Shown: positions 1 to 13,411 of the stretch, piece by piece
How positions within the stretch are numbered: the stretch's first letter is position 1
How the letters are laid out: every line of letters begins with the position of its first letter
NCBI GenBank assembly: GCA_964506945.1
Contig: CAZDOC010000007.1
Span: 1,284 to 65,283 of the forward strand
DNA from: an uncultured Gammaproteobacteria bacterium
Lineage (GTDB): Bacteria; Pseudomonadota; Gammaproteobacteria; CAZDOC01
Reading direction: 5' to 3'
Length of the DNA stretch: 64,000 nt
The notes under the pieces: model-generated
What the model saw: only the letters and a program-made list of their open reading frames with translations
What the model was told of the DNA's origin: nothing
Databases searched by the model: none
Made by a program: the position numbers and the translations under genes

Positions 1-180
1 GGGGAATATGCCCCGGCGATAGGCCGCGAGCAGGTGTTCCCGATCCAGATCCCCCCCGGCGGCAAGCAGGCCATCGGGATCGTGCAGGGCCAGGCTGACC
101 GGAGGGAAATCCTCCTGCTGTTGCTCATTGGCGAAACAGTACAGTGAGTGCGTGTGATTGCGGGCTCTGCCTGCTGCCAT
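1..180 (-). CDS. aat: Leucyl/phenylalanyl-tRNA--protein transferase (5' part; runs off left edge)
   Basis: Not in the ORF track. Manual translation from ATG at 180 gives MAAGRARNH...[38 protein letters not shown], the typical Aat N-terminus. Confidence 0.92.
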   Translation of the reverse strand, partial: MAAGRARNHTHSLYCFANEQQQEDFPPVSLALHDPDGLLAAGGDLDREHLLAAYRRGIFP

Positions 181-186
181 GACGCC

Positions 187-516
187 TCAGTCCTTGACGC
201 CCGGGGTAAAGACCGGGAAGGGGGCCACCTTGGCGTCGCCGGGCACGGAGTCCGTGATCTTGCCATGGCCCTCCTTTTCCACTTCATCGATGCGCAGTAC
301 CGCGTGTGTGGGAATGTAGAAACGCCGTACCCCGGCGAATTCGCTGCGCAGGCGTTCTTCCGCCGGGTCGACGACCACGCTGGTATGTTCACCGAAGATC
401 AGGTCTTCGACCTCGACGAAGCCCAGCATGCTGCTTTGCTGTATGCCGTGGGCATAGATCTCGTAGATTCTGCCCTGATTCTGAAAGCAGATCCTGAATA
501 TGGTCTTTTTCTTCAT
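187..516 (-). CDS. DUF1820 family protein
   Basis: IFRICFQNQGRIYEIYA...GFVEVEDLIFGEHTSVVVDPAEERLRSEFAGV..LRIDEVEKEG resembles DUF1820. Confidence 0.8.
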   Translation of the reverse strand: MKKKTIFRICFQNQGRIYEIYAHGIQQSSMLGFVEVEDLIFGEHTSVVVDPAEERLRSEFAGVRRFYIPTHAVLRIDEVEKEGHGKITDSVPGDAKVAPFPVFTPGVKD

Positions 517-598
517 GTCGACGTTGTCCCGGTGGTCTCACAGGATCAGCCCCTTAGGGTGACTGATTGTGGCGGTATCGCAGGAAGGTTGGAATCGA

Positions 599-1330
599 TC
601 AGCCCACGCATACGCACTTGCCGGCATCGAAGCCGGCCACCTGCTGATAGCCATGATAGCCCCTGGGGTTGCAAACGACACGGGTGCCACCGCAGAGGTA
701 ATCCGCGCAGTCGTGAATATGGCCATGGATCCACAGATCGATATCGAAATCGCGCATAAAGTCTTCCATGCGGTTGCAATAGGCATCGCGCAACGGGTGC
801 TCCGGCTCCTGATTCCAGCTCTTGCGGCTCGGTGCGTGGTGGCTGATAACGACGGTATGACCCGCGAAAGGGCGGTTGAGTTCGTTACTCAGCCAGGATA
901 CCGACTCCTGGCATTCCCTGAGGATGTCGCTGGGGATCAGGGGGGTGTCACGGTACAGGATCTGGTGATAATCGTTCATGTTGTCCCGCGCCACCGCCAT
1001 CAGCTGCGGGTCGCCATGGTTGAAATCCGTCCACAGGGTGCAGCCGATGAAACGGACCGAATCGAAGACCTCGCTGCTGCATTCCAGAAAACGGACCTGG
1101 CTGCCAGCGGCGGCCTGCCGCAGCTGTGTTCGCGTGGCGAACATCTCTCGGCCATAGAATTCATGATTGCCGGCGATGTACAGAACCGGGCGCCGGGATG
1201 CGCGCAGCCAGTTCAGGCCCTCGGTTCCGAGACCGATGTCACCGGCGGCAACGATGATGTCGGCATCGCTTTCAGGAAGCTCAAAGGGGCCGAATTCCAG
1301 ATGAATATCGGAGAAAAACTGGATCTTCAA
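599..1330 (-). CDS. Calcineurin-like metallophosphoesterase
   Basis: Motifs SDIHLE, AGDIG, GNHEFY, SHHAP and WIHGHIH. Likely TTG start at 1330; the ORF track extends to 1393. Confidence 0.85.
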   Translation of the reverse strand: MKIQFFSDIHLEFGPFELPESDADIIVAAGDIGLGTEGLNWLRASRRPVLYIAGNHEFYGREMFATRTQLRQAAAGSQVRFLECSSEVFDSVRFIGCTLWTDFNHGDPQLMAVARDNMNDYHQILYRDTPLIPSDILRECQESVSWLSNELNRPFAGHTVVISHHAPSRKSWNQEPEHPLRDAYCNRMEDFMRDFDIDLWIHGHIHDCADYLCGGTRVVCNPRGYHGYQQVAGFDAGKCVCVG

Positions 1331-1597
1331 GTTGTGCCGCTGCCTGGAGTATCGGAAATGGACACTTTGGCATGCGCGCCTGTCGAGGGTCAAATCTGCG
1401 CATCCCGGGCAGGCCGGCGGCAGTCTTTGTGATGCGGTGCGTTGCCCTTGCCATCACCCGCAGGGGATGCACCGGCAAGAGACGGGCCCGGGTGGGGCTT
1501 GGCAGGGGAAGATTCTTGCAGGGGGTGGAGGAAAATACTTGATTTTTTATATAAAACAGGTTTTTATTAAGGGATTCAAACAAACCACTTAAATACT

Positions 1598-3892
1598 GTG
1601 TCTCAGGCGCGACGTAAAAACGAATCCCCGCACGGCATCAACGTGCAACTGATCGCCCGTTTGCAGGAGGGCGGCATGATCCTGCTCTCGGCAAGCGCCC
1701 TGTTCCTGATCATCGCCCTGGTCTCGTATGCACCCCAGGACCCCGGCTGGTCGCATACCGGCAGCGGGCAGGCCATCCTGAACAAGGGCGGGGTGGTGGG
1801 CGCCTGGCTGGCCGATGTGCTGCTCTACCTGTTCGGCTACATGGCCTATATCTTCCCCTTGATGGTGGCCTTCAGCGGCTGGCTGGTGTTCCGGGGCCGG
1901 GGCCGGATTCAGCGGCTCGACTATTTTCATATCAGTACCCGGGCCATCGGTTTTGTACTGACCCTCACCATGGGCTGCGCCCTGGCCTGGCTGCGTCTGG
2001 GCAATGGCCTCAATCCACCTCAGAATGCCGGGGGTATCGTCGGCGATGTCAGCGGCAGTCTGTTGCTGGATATCTTCGGTGGTCCCGGCGGCGTGCTGCT
2101 GATGCTGGCGCTGTTCCTTACCGGTATCACCCTCTTCACCGGTCTGTCGTGGCTCAGGCTGATGGACATGATCGGGCGTTATGCTCTCGATGGCGGCGGA
2201 CTGCTGATGGACTACTGGGACCGCTTCCGGGAAGCGCGTACCGGGCGTCAGGCGCGCAGGGAACGCGAGGCGCTGGTGCGGGTGGAGAGTAAAAAGGTCG
2301 CCAGCCGGCCCAAACCCCGTATCGAGCCCACTATCGGCGATGTCGAGCGAGGCGAGCGCGCGGAAAAGGAAAAACAGGTGGTGCTGTTCGAGGCCCCGGC
2401 CGATAGCGCCGTGCCACCGCTGGGCCTGCTCGATCCCCCGCCGCCCGCGAAGGGGGGATATTCCACCGATGCCCTGCAGGCCCTGTCGCGACTGGTAGAG
2501 CTGAAACTGGCCGATTTTGGCGTCAGCGTCGAGGTGGTGGCGGTGCATCCGGGTCCGGTAATCACACGTTTCGAATTGCAGCCGGCCGCCGGTGTGAAGG
2601 TCAGCAAGATATCGAATCTGGCCAAGGACCTGGCGCGCTCATTGTCGACCACCAGTGTCAGGGTGGTGGACGTGATCCCCGGCAAGTCCGTGATAGGCCT
2701 GGAGATCCCCAACGAACAGCGGGAACTGGTCAGCCTCAGTGATATCATGAACTCACGGGAATTCGAGGCCAGTCACGCGCCCCTGACCCTGGCCCTGGGC
2801 AAGGACATAGGCGGCAAGCCCATGGTGGTGGACCTGGCGCGCATGCCGCACCTGCTGGTGGCGGGGACGACCGGTTCGGGCAAGTCGGTAGCCATCAACG
2901 CCATGATCCTGAGCCTGTTGTACAAATCCAGCGCCACGGATGTACGCCTGATCATGATAGACCCGAAAATGCTGGAATTGTCGGTCTATGAGGGGATCCC
3001 GGCATTGCTGGCGCCGGTGGTGACCGACATGAAGGAGGCCGCCAACGCCCTGCGCTGGTGCGTGGCCGAGATGGAGCGACGCTACAAGCTGATGGCGGCC
3101 TTGGGCGTGCGCAATATCAGTGGTTTCAACCGCAAGGTCCGTGAGGCGCGCAAGAAGAAGCAGCCCCTGCTGGATCCACTATATGTTGCCGCGGAGGGCG
3201 AGGAGGGCGCACCCGAACTGGAACCCTTGCCCTATATCGTGGTCTTCATCGATGAACTGGCCGACCTGATGATGGTGGTCGGCAAGAAGGTCGAGGAATT
3301 GATCGCACGCCTGGCGCAGAAGGCGCGGGCCTCCGGTATCCATCTGGTGCTGGCGACACAGCGGCCATCGGTGGATGTGATCACGGGGCTGATCAAGGCC
3401 AATATCCCGACCCGCATCGCCTTCCAGGTTTCATCCAAGGTGGATTCGCGCACCATCCTCGATCAGATCGGCGCGGAGCATCTGCTGGGACACGGGGACA
3501 TGCTCTACCTGGCCCCGGGGACCGGCATCCCCCTGCGTATCCACGGCGCCTTCGTCTCCGATCAGGAAGTGCACCAGGTGGTCGAATATCTCAAGCAGCA
3601 CGGGGAACCCAACTATATCGAGGCGGTGCTGGCCGCTCCCGGTGAGGGTGCGCAGGATGCCATTCCGGGTCTGGAGCCGGCGGACGAGGAGATGGATCCC
3701 CTGTATGATCAGGCCGTGCGGATCGTGACCGAAACCCGGCGGGCCTCGATCTCCGGGGTGCAGCGACGCCTGAAGATCGGCTATAACCGCGCCGCGCGCA
3801 TGATTGAGGAAATGGAGCGCAGTGGGGTGGTGGGGGAATTACAGGCCAATGGCAGCCGTGAGGTCCTGGCGCCAGCGCCTCCAAAAGACTGA
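1598..3892 (+). CDS. ftsK: DNA translocase FtsK
   Basis: N-terminal TM domain, Walker [30 protein letters not shown] and C-terminal gamma domain ([13 protein letters not shown]). Confidence 0.98.
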   Translation: MSQARRKNESPHGINVQLIARLQEGGMILLSASALFLIIALVSYAPQDPGWSHTGSGQAILNKGGVVGAWLADVLLYLFGYMAYIFPLMVAFSGWLVFRGRGRIQRLDYFHISTRAIGFVLTLTMGCALAWLRLGNGLNPPQNAGGIVGDVSGSLLLDIFGGPGGVLLMLALFLTGITLFTGLSWLRLMDMIGRYALDGGGLLMDYWDRFREARTGRQARREREALVRVESKKVASRPKPRIEPTIGDVERGERAEKEKQVVLFEAPADSAVPPLGLLDPPPPAKGGYSTDALQALSRLVELKLADFGVSVEVVAVHPGPVITRFELQPAAGVKVSKISNLAKDLARSLSTTSVRVVDVIPGKSVIGLEIPNEQRELVSLSDIMNSREFEASHAPLTLALGKDIGGKPMVVDLARMPHLLVAGTTGSGKSVAINAMILSLLYKSSATDVRLIMIDPKMLELSVYEGIPALLAPVVTDMKEAANALRWCVAEMERRYKLMAALGVRNISGFNRKVREARKKKQPLLDPLYVAAEGEEGAPELEPLPYIVVFIDELADLMMVVGKKVEELIARLAQKARASGIHLVLATQRPSVDVITGLIKANIPTRIAFQVSSKVDSRTILDQIGAEHLLGHGDMLYLAPGTGIPLRIHGAFVSDQEVHQVVEYLKQHGEPNYIEAVLAAPGEGAQDAIPGLEPADEEMDPLYDQAVRIVTETRRASISGVQRRLKIGYNRAARMIEEMERSGVVGELQANGSREVLAPAPPKD

Positions 3893-4533
3893 TGAGGTTC
3901 GATGTGAAAAGATGTGTGAGTTCGTGGCTCCTGAGCCTGTTGTTGCTGCCCCTGGCCGCCCAGGCCGGGGCTGGTGCGCGGGTCCTGGATGGTTTCATGC
4001 AGGGGCTGAAGACCCTGCGGGCGGATTTCAGCCAGACCCTCAGGGACGAACAGGGCGATGTGCTGGAAACGGCCAGCGGACGCATGGCGCTGGAGCGCCC
4101 GGGTCGATTTCGCTGGGATTACCTGCGTCCCTACGAACAGTCGATCATCGCCGATGGCAAGCGGATATGGGTCTATGACAAGGATCTGGAGCAGGTCACG
4201 GTAAAACCCCAGGCCAGGACCCTGGCCAGTTCCCCGGCCATGTTGCTCGGGGGTGAGGCCCGTATCCGTGACCAGTTCGAGGTGACCGATCTGGGCAGTC
4301 AGGATGGCCTGGACTGGGTGCGCCTGCAGCCCAGGGGCAGGGATGAGCAATACACGGGGATCGAACTGGGTTTTGCCGGCGTCACGCTCAGACGCATGCG
4401 CCTGGCGGATAATTTCGGCCAGACCACCCTGATCGAATTCAGCCATGAACAGCGCAATCCGGAGCTGGATGCGGACCTGTTCAGGTTTCAGCCCCCCGCC
4501 GGTGTCGACGTGATCGACGGTTCCGTACAGTAG
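3892..4533 (+). CDS. lolA: Outer-membrane lipoprotein chaperone LolA
   Basis: Signal peptide, [23 protein letters not shown]; canonical position after ftsK. Confidence 0.95.
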   Translation: MRFDVKRCVSSWLLSLLLLPLAAQAGAGARVLDGFMQGLKTLRADFSQTLRDEQGDVLETASGRMALERPGRFRWDYLRPYEQSIIADGKRIWVYDKDLEQVTVKPQARTLASSPAMLLGGEARIRDQFEVTDLGSQDGLDWVRLQPRGRDEQYTGIELGFAGVTLRRMRLADNFGQTTLIEFSHEQRNPELDADLFRFQPPAGVDVIDGSVQ

Positions 4534-4549
4534 CAGCGGAGACCCGGGG

Positions 4550-5866
4550 ATGACGGTGTCTGCCTATGCGCCGCTGGCGGATCGCATGCGGCCGCTGACC
4601 ATAGACGAGATCATCGGCCAGCGGCACCTGCTGGGCGACGGTCGTCCCCTGCGCCTGGCGATAGAGGGCGGACACCTGCACTCGATGGTCTTCTGGGGCC
4701 CTCCCGGCACCGGCAAGACCACCCTGGCGCGCCTGGTCGCCGGCCATGCCAGGGCACGGTTCCTGACCCTCTCCGCGGTCCTGTCGGGGGTCAAGGACAT
4801 CCGCGCCGCCATCGCCGAGGCGCGCCAGGCGCGCGAACGGGGCGAAGATACCGTCTTGTTCGTGGACGAGGTCCACCGTTTCAACAAGTCCCAGCAGGAC
4901 GCCTTTTTGCCCCACATCGAGGATGGCACCATCGTCTTCATCGGCGCGACCACCGAGAATCCCTCCTTCGAACTCAACAACGCCTTGCTCTCAAGATTGC
5001 GGGTCTATGTGCTCAAAGCCTTCGATACGGCGCAGATCCGCGCCTTGATCGACCGCGTCCTGACGGACAGGGAACGGGGACTGGGTGGGCTGGGGCTGGA
5101 ACTGTCCGAGGACCTGCGCGCACGCCTGGCGGAGGCTGCCGACGGTGATGCGCGGCGGGCGCTGAATCTGCTGGAGGCGATGAGCGACCTGGCCCGTGAT
5201 GGCGGGGGCGACGAGGCCCTGTTGCGGGAACTCCTCAGCGGAGGCGGTCTGCGCCGTTTCGACAAGGGTGGCGAGGTCTTCTACGATCAGATCTCGGCAC
5301 TGCACAAGTCGGTGCGTGGGTCGGACCCCGACGCGGCCCTGTACTGGTATGCGCGCATGCTCGACGGTGGCTGCGATCCCCTCTATATTGCCCGGCGGGT
5401 GGTACGCATCGCCTCCGAGGATATCGGCAACGCCGATCCCCGCGCCCTGCGTCTGGCCCTGGATGCCTGGGAGACCCTGGAACGCCTGGGCAGCCCGGAA
5501 GGGGAACTGGCGTTGGCGCAGGCGCTGGTCTATCTGGCCTGCGCGGCCAAGAGCAACGCCGTGTATCGCGCCTTTTCGGCCGCCCGGGATGATGCCCGCC
5601 GGGGGGGGTCGGCGGAGGTGCCGCTGCATCTGCGCAATGCCCCGACCCGGTTGATGAAGGGGCTGGACTATGGCAAGGGCTACCGCTATGCCCATGACGA
5701 GCCGGAGGGCTATGCGGCGGGGGAGGACTATTTCCCCGAGGCGCTGCACGGGCGCAGGTATTATGAACCCGTTGAGCGGGGCCTGGAGATCCGTATCGCC
5801 GAAAAACTCAGGCATCTGCGGCAACTGGACCGCCAGGCGGGCCGGGGTGACAGGGGAAGGAAATGA
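4550..5866 (+). CDS. rarA: Replication-associated recombination protein A (AAA+ ATPase)
   Basis: [40 protein letters not shown]. Confidence 0.97.
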   Translation: MTVSAYAPLADRMRPLTIDEIIGQRHLLGDGRPLRLAIEGGHLHSMVFWGPPGTGKTTLARLVAGHARARFLTLSAVLSGVKDIRAAIAEARQARERGEDTVLFVDEVHRFNKSQQDAFLPHIEDGTIVFIGATTENPSFELNNALLSRLRVYVLKAFDTAQIRALIDRVLTDRERGLGGLGLELSEDLRARLAEAADGDARRALNLLEAMSDLARDGGGDEALLRELLSGGGLRRFDKGGEVFYDQISALHKSVRGSDPDAALYWYARMLDGGCDPLYIARRVVRIASEDIGNADPRALRLALDAWETLERLGSPEGELALAQALVYLACAAKSNAVYRAFSAARDDARRGGSAEVPLHLRNAPTRLMKGLDYGKGYRYAHDEPEGYAAGEDYFPEALHGRRYYEPVERGLEIRIAEKLRHLRQLDRQAGRGDRGRK

Positions 5867-6237
5867 CGAATCTGATCTTGATCGCCGTGGGTGGCGCTAT
5901 CGGGGCCGTGCTGCGCTACTGGGTCTCCACCGGGGTATATGCCCTGCTGGGCCGGGGTCTGCCCTGGGGCACGCTGGCCGTGAACGTGATCGGCTCGGCC
6001 CTGATGGGCGTATTCTATGTGCTGTTGATCGAGCGCATGGCCGTCAGTGTGGCCTGGCGTTCGCTACTGCTGATCGGGCTGTTCGGGGCCTTCACGACCT
6101 TTTCGACCTTCTCGATCGAGACCCTGAACCTGCTCGAGAGTGGCGAACTGGCGCGCGCGGTGGTCAATATCCTGCTGAGCCTGTCGCTGTGTATGATAGC
6201 GGTGTGGCTGGGTGTCGTATTCGGGAGGCAGTTATGA
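5863..6237 (+). CDS. crcB: Fluoride efflux channel CrcB/Fluc
   Basis: [31 protein letters not shown]; four TM segments. Confidence 0.96.
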   Translation: MTNLILIAVGGAIGAVLRYWVSTGVYALLGRGLPWGTLAVNVIGSALMGVFYVLLIERMAVSVAWRSLLLIGLFGAFTTFSTFSIETLNLLESGELARAVVNILLSLSLCMIAVWLGVVFGRQL

Positions 6238-6542
6238 ATACCAAGGGCGTTACCATGGTGCGGATCTATCTGACCGAGGGCCAGGGTCAGATTCAGCAGG
6301 TGCTGGATTACCTCCATAATGACAGCGGGGTGCACGGGGTTACCGAGGTCCGTGCCACGGCGGGGTTTGGAGATTCCGGCAAGATGCATGAAGCGAGACT
6401 CATCGACCTGTCCCTGGATCTGCCCGTCGTCCTCGAATTCTTCGATGAGCCGTCCAAGGCCGAAGAGGTGATCGGGCATCTCAAGGACATGCTGAAATCC
6501 GGACATATCGTTCACTGGCCGGCGCACTGGAGCGAGCGATAG
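6234..6542 (+). CDS. DUF190 (PII-like) protein
   Basis: 3' part of ORF 5670-6542: [16 protein letters not shown]...GFGDSG...LSLDLPVVLEFFD. Start overlaps the crcB stop (ATGA); DUF190 genes typically follow crcB. Confidence 0.85.
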   Translation: MNTKGVTMVRIYLTEGQGQIQQVLDYLHNDSGVHGVTEVRATAGFGDSGKMHEARLIDLSLDLPVVLEFFDEPSKAEEVIGHLKDMLKSGHIVHWPAHWSER

Positions 6543-6725
6543 CCCTACGCGGGGAGAGGAACGAAAAGCGCTGGAGGAGGACGGTATTCCCCTCACGCCC
6601 GCGACCCGGATGAACCCCTGAAGACCAGGCATGGCAAGCAATTCATTTGAAATCAGGCGAAAAGTCGTATCTATTCGTATGCGGCGCTGCGGCGATCCGG
6701 GATGGATGTGGCAGCGCCTCCCTAA

Positions 6726-8087
<1,362 letters not shown>

Positions 8088-8256
8088 TTTCATGATCCTT
8101 GTGCGGTGTTTTATCATCCCCGGCGGGAATTGTTGTATCATCACCGGGTTTTGACCGGATGCGGGTCCCCTTCCCGGGGTACCGGATGGTGAATATCACT
8201 ACATACGGCGTGCAGCGCCACAGGCATCGAAGCTCAAGTCATAGGGGTTAATCAAG

Positions 8257-9801
8257 ATGAAGATAGGTATACCCAAGGAGGTCTATCCCGGGGAGAACCG
8301 GGTCGCGACCACGCCCGAGGTCGTGGGCAGACTGATCAAGCTGGGGTTCAAGGTGGCGGTGGAAAGTGGCGCCGGACAGGCGGCGAGTTTCTCCGATGCC
8401 GATTACCGCGAGGCCGGCGCCTCGATCCGGCGTGACGCCGCGTCGTTATGGTCCAAGGCGGATATCGTCATCAAGGTGCGCGCGCCAGAGCAGGACGAGA
8501 TTGCCCTGATGAAGGAGGGCACGACCCTGATCAGCTTCATCTGGCCGGCGCAAAACGAGGAACTGATGCAGCAACTGGCGGCCAGGAAGGCCACCGTGCT
8601 GGCCATGGACAGTGTTCCCCGGATGTCCCGGGCACAGAAGATGGACGCCCTCAGCTCCATGGCCAATATTGCGGGTTACCGCGCCATCATCGAGGCCGCC
8701 GAGAATTTCGGGCGCTTCTTCACCGGCCAGATCACCGCCGCCGGCAAGATCCCGCCCGCCAAGGTCATGGTCATCGGCGCCGGGGTCGCCGGACTGGCCG
8801 CCATCGGCACCGCCAAGAGCCTGGGCGCCATCGTGCGCGCCTTCGATACCCGCCCGGAGGTCAAGGAGCAGATCGAGAGCATGGACGCGGAATTCCTGGA
8901 ACTGGACTTCGAGGAGGAAGGCTCGGGCCAGGGGGGATACGCCAAGGTCATGAGCGAGGAATTCATCAAGGCGGAAATGGAACTGTTCGCGGCCCAGGCC
9001 GCTGAGGTGGACATCATCGTCACCACCGCGTTGATACCGGGCAAGCCGGCGCCACGCCTGATCACCACGGACATGGTCAAGTCCATGAAGGACGGCAGCG
9101 TGATCGTCGACCTGGCGGCCGAGCAGGGGGGCAACTGTGAACTGACCGAGGCCGGCCAGGTGGTGAAGAAACACGGCGTGACCCTGATCGGCTACACCGA
9201 TCTGCCCAGCCGCCTGCCGACCCAGTCCAGCCAGCTCTACGCCACCAATATCGCCCACCTGCTGGCCGATATGTGCAAGGACAAGGACGGCAGGATCACC
9301 GTCGACATGGAGGACGAGGTCATCCGTGGGGCCACCGTGATCAAGGCCGGCGAGATCACCTGGCCACCACCGCCACCCAAGCTTTCCGCCGCACCGGCGG
9401 CGCCCAAGGCCACGCCACCGACCCCCGAGCCGGTGGCCGAGGAGGAGGAAAAGGCGCAGCCCCTGTGGAAACAGTGGGCACCACTGGTGATCGCCGCCGC
9501 CGGGCTATTGTGGCTGGGATCGGTGGCGCCGGCCTCGTTCATGGCGCACTTTACCGTGTTCGTGCTGGCCTGCTTCGTGGGTTACATGGTCATCTGGAAC
9601 GTGTCGCCCTCATTGCATACGCCGCTGATGAGCGTCACCAATGCCATCAGCAGCATCATCATCATCGGCGCCCTGATCCAGGTATCCAATCCAGGAATAC
9701 TGGTGACCACGCTGGCCCTGCTGGCGATCCTGATCACCAGCGTCAATATCTTCGGTGGTTTCGCAGTGACCCGCCGCATGCTCGAAATGTTCAGGAAATA
9801 G
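8257..9801 (+). CDS. pntA: NAD(P) transhydrogenase subunit alpha
   Basis: [40 protein letters not shown]; Pro/Ala-rich linker before the TM part. Confidence 0.97.
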   Translation: MKIGIPKEVYPGENRVATTPEVVGRLIKLGFKVAVESGAGQAASFSDADYREAGASIRRDAASLWSKADIVIKVRAPEQDEIALMKEGTTLISFIWPAQNEELMQQLAARKATVLAMDSVPRMSRAQKMDALSSMANIAGYRAIIEAAENFGRFFTGQITAAGKIPPAKVMVIGAGVAGLAAIGTAKSLGAIVRAFDTRPEVKEQIESMDAEFLELDFEEEGSGQGGYAKVMSEEFIKAEMELFAAQAAEVDIIVTTALIPGKPAPRLITTDMVKSMKDGSVIVDLAAEQGGNCELTEAGQVVKKHGVTLIGYTDLPSRLPTQSSQLYATNIAHLLADMCKDKDGRITVDMEDEVIRGATVIKAGEITWPPPPPKLSAAPAAPKATPPTPEPVAEEEEKAQPLWKQWAPLVIAAAGLLWLGSVAPASFMAHFTVFVLACFVGYMVIWNVSPSLHTPLMSVTNAISSIIIIGALIQVSNPGILVTTLALLAILITSVNIFGGFAVTRRMLEMFRK

Positions 9802-9811
9802 GGGGAAGGAC

Positions 9812-11209
9812 GTGGCACAAGGTACGGTTACAGTCGCCTATATCGGCGCAACTATCCTCTTCATCCTGGCCCTGGGCGGTCTGAGTCAGCATGAAACCGC
9901 CAGGCGTGGCAACCTGTACGGTATCATAGGCATGACCATCGCCGTGCTGGCGACCATCTTCAGCGGTGCGGTGACCAGTTACTGGCTGTTGCTGCTGATG
10001 ATGGCCCTGGGCGGCACCGCCGGCCTGGCCCTGGCGCAGCGCGTGCAGATGACCGAGATGCCCGAGCTGGTGGCCATTCTGCACAGCCTGGTGGGCATGG
10101 CCGCGGTGCTGGTGGGTTACGCCAACTTTCTGGATCCGGCCGGTGGTCTCGTAGGCGCGGAAAAGACCATCCACGAGATAGAGACCTATCTCGGCATCCT
10201 GATCGGCGCGGTGACCTTTTCCGGCTCGGTGATCGCCTATGGCAAGCTGAGTGGCAAGATAGGCAGCAAGCCTTTGCTGCTGCCGGGCCGGCACTGGCTC
10301 AATCTGGGCATGCTGATCCTGGCGATCATCTTCTGCAACAGCTTCCTCAATGCCACCGAGAGCGGTGGTGGACTGGAGCCCCTGTTGCTGATGACCCTGC
10401 TGGCGCTGATCTTCGGCGTACACATGGTCATGGCCATCGGCGGAGCGGACATGCCGGTGGTGATCTCCATGCTCAACAGTTATTCGGGCTGGGCGGCCTC
10501 GGCGACCGGCTTCATGCTCTCCAACGACCTGTTGATCGTCACCGGCGCCCTGGTCGGCAGCAGCGGCGCAATACTCAGCTATATCATGTGCCGGGCGATG
10601 AACCGCAAGTTCCTCAACGTGATTGCAGGCGGTTTTGGCACGGGTACGGGGCCCAGCGTGGGCAGTCAGATCGCCGAGGAGATCGGCGAGGTGACACCCA
10701 TCGATGCCGAGGGCGCCGCCGAGCTGCTCAAGGAGGCCAAAAAGGTGATCATCGTACCGGGATACGGCATGGCCGTGGCCCAGGCGCAGCATGCCGTGTA
10801 CGAGATGATCAAGACCCTGCGGGATCAGGGCGTCGATGTACGTTTCGGCATCCATCCCGTCGCCGGGCGCATGCCGGGACATATGAATGTGTTGCTGGCC
10901 GAGGCCCGGGTGCCCTATGACATCGTCTATGAAATGGATGAGATCAACGAGGATTTTCCCAATGTCGATGTCGCCGTGGTGATCGGCGCCAATGATATCG
11001 TCAACCCGTCGGCCATGGAGGATCCCAACAGCCCCATCGCCGGCATGCCCGTGCTGGAGGTCTGGAAGGCCAAACACGCCATCGTGCTCAAGCGCAGCAT
11101 GGCCTCGGGCTACGCGGGAGTGGACAATCCCCTGTTCTACCGTGAAAACACCCGCATGCTGTTCGGTGATGCGCGGGAGAGCATCGATGCGGTGTTCAAG
11201 GCCCTGTAG
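9812..11209 (+). CDS. pntB: NAD(P) transhydrogenase subunit beta
   Basis: [58 protein letters not shown]. Confidence 0.97.
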   Translation: MAQGTVTVAYIGATILFILALGGLSQHETARRGNLYGIIGMTIAVLATIFSGAVTSYWLLLLMMALGGTAGLALAQRVQMTEMPELVAILHSLVGMAAVLVGYANFLDPAGGLVGAEKTIHEIETYLGILIGAVTFSGSVIAYGKLSGKIGSKPLLLPGRHWLNLGMLILAIIFCNSFLNATESGGGLEPLLLMTLLALIFGVHMVMAIGGADMPVVISMLNSYSGWAASATGFMLSNDLLIVTGALVGSSGAILSYIMCRAMNRKFLNVIAGGFGTGTGPSVGSQIAEEIGEVTPIDAEGAAELLKEAKKVIIVPGYGMAVAQAQHAVYEMIKTLRDQGVDVRFGIHPVAGRMPGHMNVLLAEARVPYDIVYEMDEINEDFPNVDVAVVIGANDIVNPSAMEDPNSPIAGMPVLEVWKAKHAIVLKRSMASGYAGVDNPLFYRENTRMLFGDARESIDAVFKAL

Positions 11210-11416
11210 CTGAGTCGCGGTCTCCCGCCGGCCGCAGGCCTGGTGCGGGGGACCCGTATCTGAACACCGGTGCCATCGTGGTGACGGGATCATCACCGAT
11301 CCCTCTGCCCACTTGCCGAGGAGGGTGCTCTCATCTATTCTTCCCTCCCTCATTCATCGGCAACATCCGCCCTCAGTCTGACATGGTGCGCCAGTGAGAG
11401 AACGGACTGACAAGAC

Positions 11417-12253
11417 ATGAGCCTGTTGCTGTATATCCTCGTCTTCACCCTGCTCGGCGGCCTCTTGAGTGTCGTCGCGGCCTCGCTGTTCCTGCTGATC
11501 CCGGAGTCGCGCAGACAGACGGTCCTGCCTTACGGCGTCAGTTTCGCGATAGGCAGTCTGCTCAGTGTGTCCTTCATCGGTCTCCTGCCCGAGGCCCTGG
11601 AGCGTATCGGCATGCAGGGCAGTCCGCGTCTGTTCATGGTGGTGCTGGCGGCGTTGCTGGGTTTCTTCGTACTCGAGAAGATGCTGTTATGGCGGCACTG
11701 TCATGCCAGTGACTGCGAGGAGCATGGCCATGCCCGCCTGCAGCAACCCGCCGGCACACTGATCCTGTTCGGTGACGGCATCCACAACTTTGTCGACGGC
11801 ATCCTGATCGCCGCGGCCTTCATGACCGATATCAAACTCGGGATCATGACCAGCGTGGCGGTTGCGGCGCATGAGATCCCCCAGGAGGTTGGGGACTTCG
11901 CCATCCTGCTGCACAGTGGCTATACCCCGGGGCGGGCCTTTTTCTGGAATGCGGTCTCCAGTCTGACCACCATCGTCGGTGGTCTGCTGACCTATTTCGC
12001 CCTGGGCGATGTCCAGGACATGTTGCCCTACGTCCTGGCCATTGCCGCGGCCAGCTTCATTTATATCGCGGTGGCCGATCTGATCCCCAACCTGCATAAA
12101 CACGTCGAGTTGCGCGCCAGTATCCTGCAGCTGCTGATGATAGGGGCGGGGGTGTTGCTGATCTACGCGGTCCACGACCTTGCGCATCCCCATGACGGAG
12201 GCGGAGATGCCGATGTCTGGCGGCCCTCGGCCGTTATCGGCCAGCGGGTTTGA
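11417..12253 (+). CDS. ZIP family divalent metal transporter
   Basis: GDGIHNFVDG, HEIPQEVGDF, His-containing loop (HCHASDCEEHGH). Confidence 0.92.
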   Translation: MSLLLYILVFTLLGGLLSVVAASLFLLIPESRRQTVLPYGVSFAIGSLLSVSFIGLLPEALERIGMQGSPRLFMVVLAALLGFFVLEKMLLWRHCHASDCEEHGHARLQQPAGTLILFGDGIHNFVDGILIAAAFMTDIKLGIMTSVAVAAHEIPQEVGDFAILLHSGYTPGRAFFWNAVSSLTTIVGGLLTYFALGDVQDMLPYVLAIAAASFIYIAVADLIPNLHKHVELRASILQLLMIGAGVLLIYAVHDLAHPHDGGGDADVWRPSAVIGQRV

Positions 12254-12257
12254 ACGC

Positions 12258-12446
12258 TCAGGGACGAACCATGGAGATGAGCAGCAGCACGAACAATATC
12301 ACCGCCGCCAGCGGCAGCAGGATGCCTTGCCAGTCCCGGGCGCTGCCCTTGGGGCTCTCGCGCAGCATGCGCTTGGCGCTTGGCCACAGGTAGACCAGCA
12401 TCAGTACCAGTGGAATGGCATAGGCCAGCTGCATCCAGGTGGACAT
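12258..12446 (-). CDS. Small membrane protein with two TM helices, unknown function
   Basis: 62-aa ORF with two hydrophobic segments. It fits the gap between the ZIP gene and the hairpin downstream of yccA. Confidence 0.6.
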   Translation of the reverse strand: MSTWMQLAYAIPLVLMLVYLWPSAKRMLRESPKGSARDWQGILLPLAAVILFVLLLISMVRP

Positions 12447-12467
12447 GCAGGGCTTCCTCAGCTGAAA

Positions 12468-12493
12468 GAAAACCCGGCCTTGGCCGGGTTTTC
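12468..12493. terminator. Intrinsic terminator hairpin downstream of yccA
   Basis: Perfect inverted repeat GAAAACCCGGCC-TT-GGCCGGGTTTTC with T/A tracts on both sides. Confidence 0.8.
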
Positions 12494-12515
12494 ACCGAGG
12501 TTTTCGCAGATCGTG

Positions 12516-13190
12516 TCAGTCGTCACCACCCAGCACCCCCAGCAGCTGCAGCAGGCTGACGAACAGGTTGAGTATGTCCAGGTACAGGGCCACGGTCATA
12601 TACAGATAATTACCCTGACCGCCGCTGTGTACCATGCGGCTGGTGTCGTAGAGGATGAAACCGCTCATCAACAGGACGATACCGGCGGATATGGCCAGCT
12701 GCATAACCGGCATGTGCAGGAAGATATTCGCGATAGAGGCGATGATCGCCACCAGCAGGCCGGTGATCAGGAAGCCACCCATGAAGCTGAAGTCCTTGCG
12801 CGTGGTGAGGGCATAGCCGGACAGCCCCAGGAACACCACCCCGGTGCCACCGGCCGCGGTCATGACGATCTGAGGACCATTGGGCAAGGCCAGATGATAG
12901 GCCAGCATCGGGCCCAGACCGAAGCCCAGCAGACCGGTGATCGCAAAGACCACGCCGAGACCCGCCGCGGATTGCGCGGTGCGTGGCAGCACCAGCCATA
13001 ACAGTCCGATGGCGGCGATGCTGGTGATGATGCTGACCCCGGGTGGCGGGGCCAGGGCAACCGACACACCGGCCATCAATGCACTGAACAGCAGGGTCAT
13101 GGACAGCAGGGTATAGGTATTGCGGATCAGCTTGTTGCTGGCCAGGGTGGATGTTCGTGGATGGGCAACAGCGTATTCGTTCAATGCCAT
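12516..13190 (-). CDS. yccA: Bax inhibitor-1/YccA family membrane protein
   Basis: NKLIRNTYTLLSMT, RKDFSFMGGFL, ILYDTSRM, ALYLDILNLF. Start taken at ATG 13190 (track gives 13235). Confidence 0.93.
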   Translation of the reverse strand: MALNEYAVAHPRTSTLASNKLIRNTYTLLSMTLLFSALMAGVSVALAPPPGVSIITSIAAIGLLWLVLPRTAQSAAGLGVVFAITGLLGFGLGPMLAYHLALPNGPQIVMTAAGGTGVVFLGLSGYALTTRKDFSFMGGFLITGLLVAIIASIANIFLHMPVMQLAISAGIVLLMSGFILYDTSRMVHSGGQGNYLYMTVALYLDILNLFVSLLQLLGVLGGDD

Positions 13191-13411
13191 GTCTTGATCT
13201 CTCCAGATTGTTTCGTCGTTCGGTATGACAGTCATCGGCCGTCAGGGTTCTGTTGGTGTTCATCCTACTGGAGTCGCCGTGGATGTCCACCTCGAATTCC
13301 CGGCGGGCCCGAATTTATCAAGCCCTGTTCATGGGGTCCAGGCAAGGGAAAAACAAGTTGCCCGCTGTTGCCGTGCCGACCGGATGAGCATGACGCCGGC
13401 TGGCGTCCGCC

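Noticed and set aside
569-1432. 287-aa plus-strand ORF
   Set aside because: Antisense to the metallophosphoesterase, which carries the complete motif set.
1440-1597. LexA box upstream of ftsK
   Set aside because: The region is AT-rich and promoter-like, but no CTGT-N8-ACAG match was seen.
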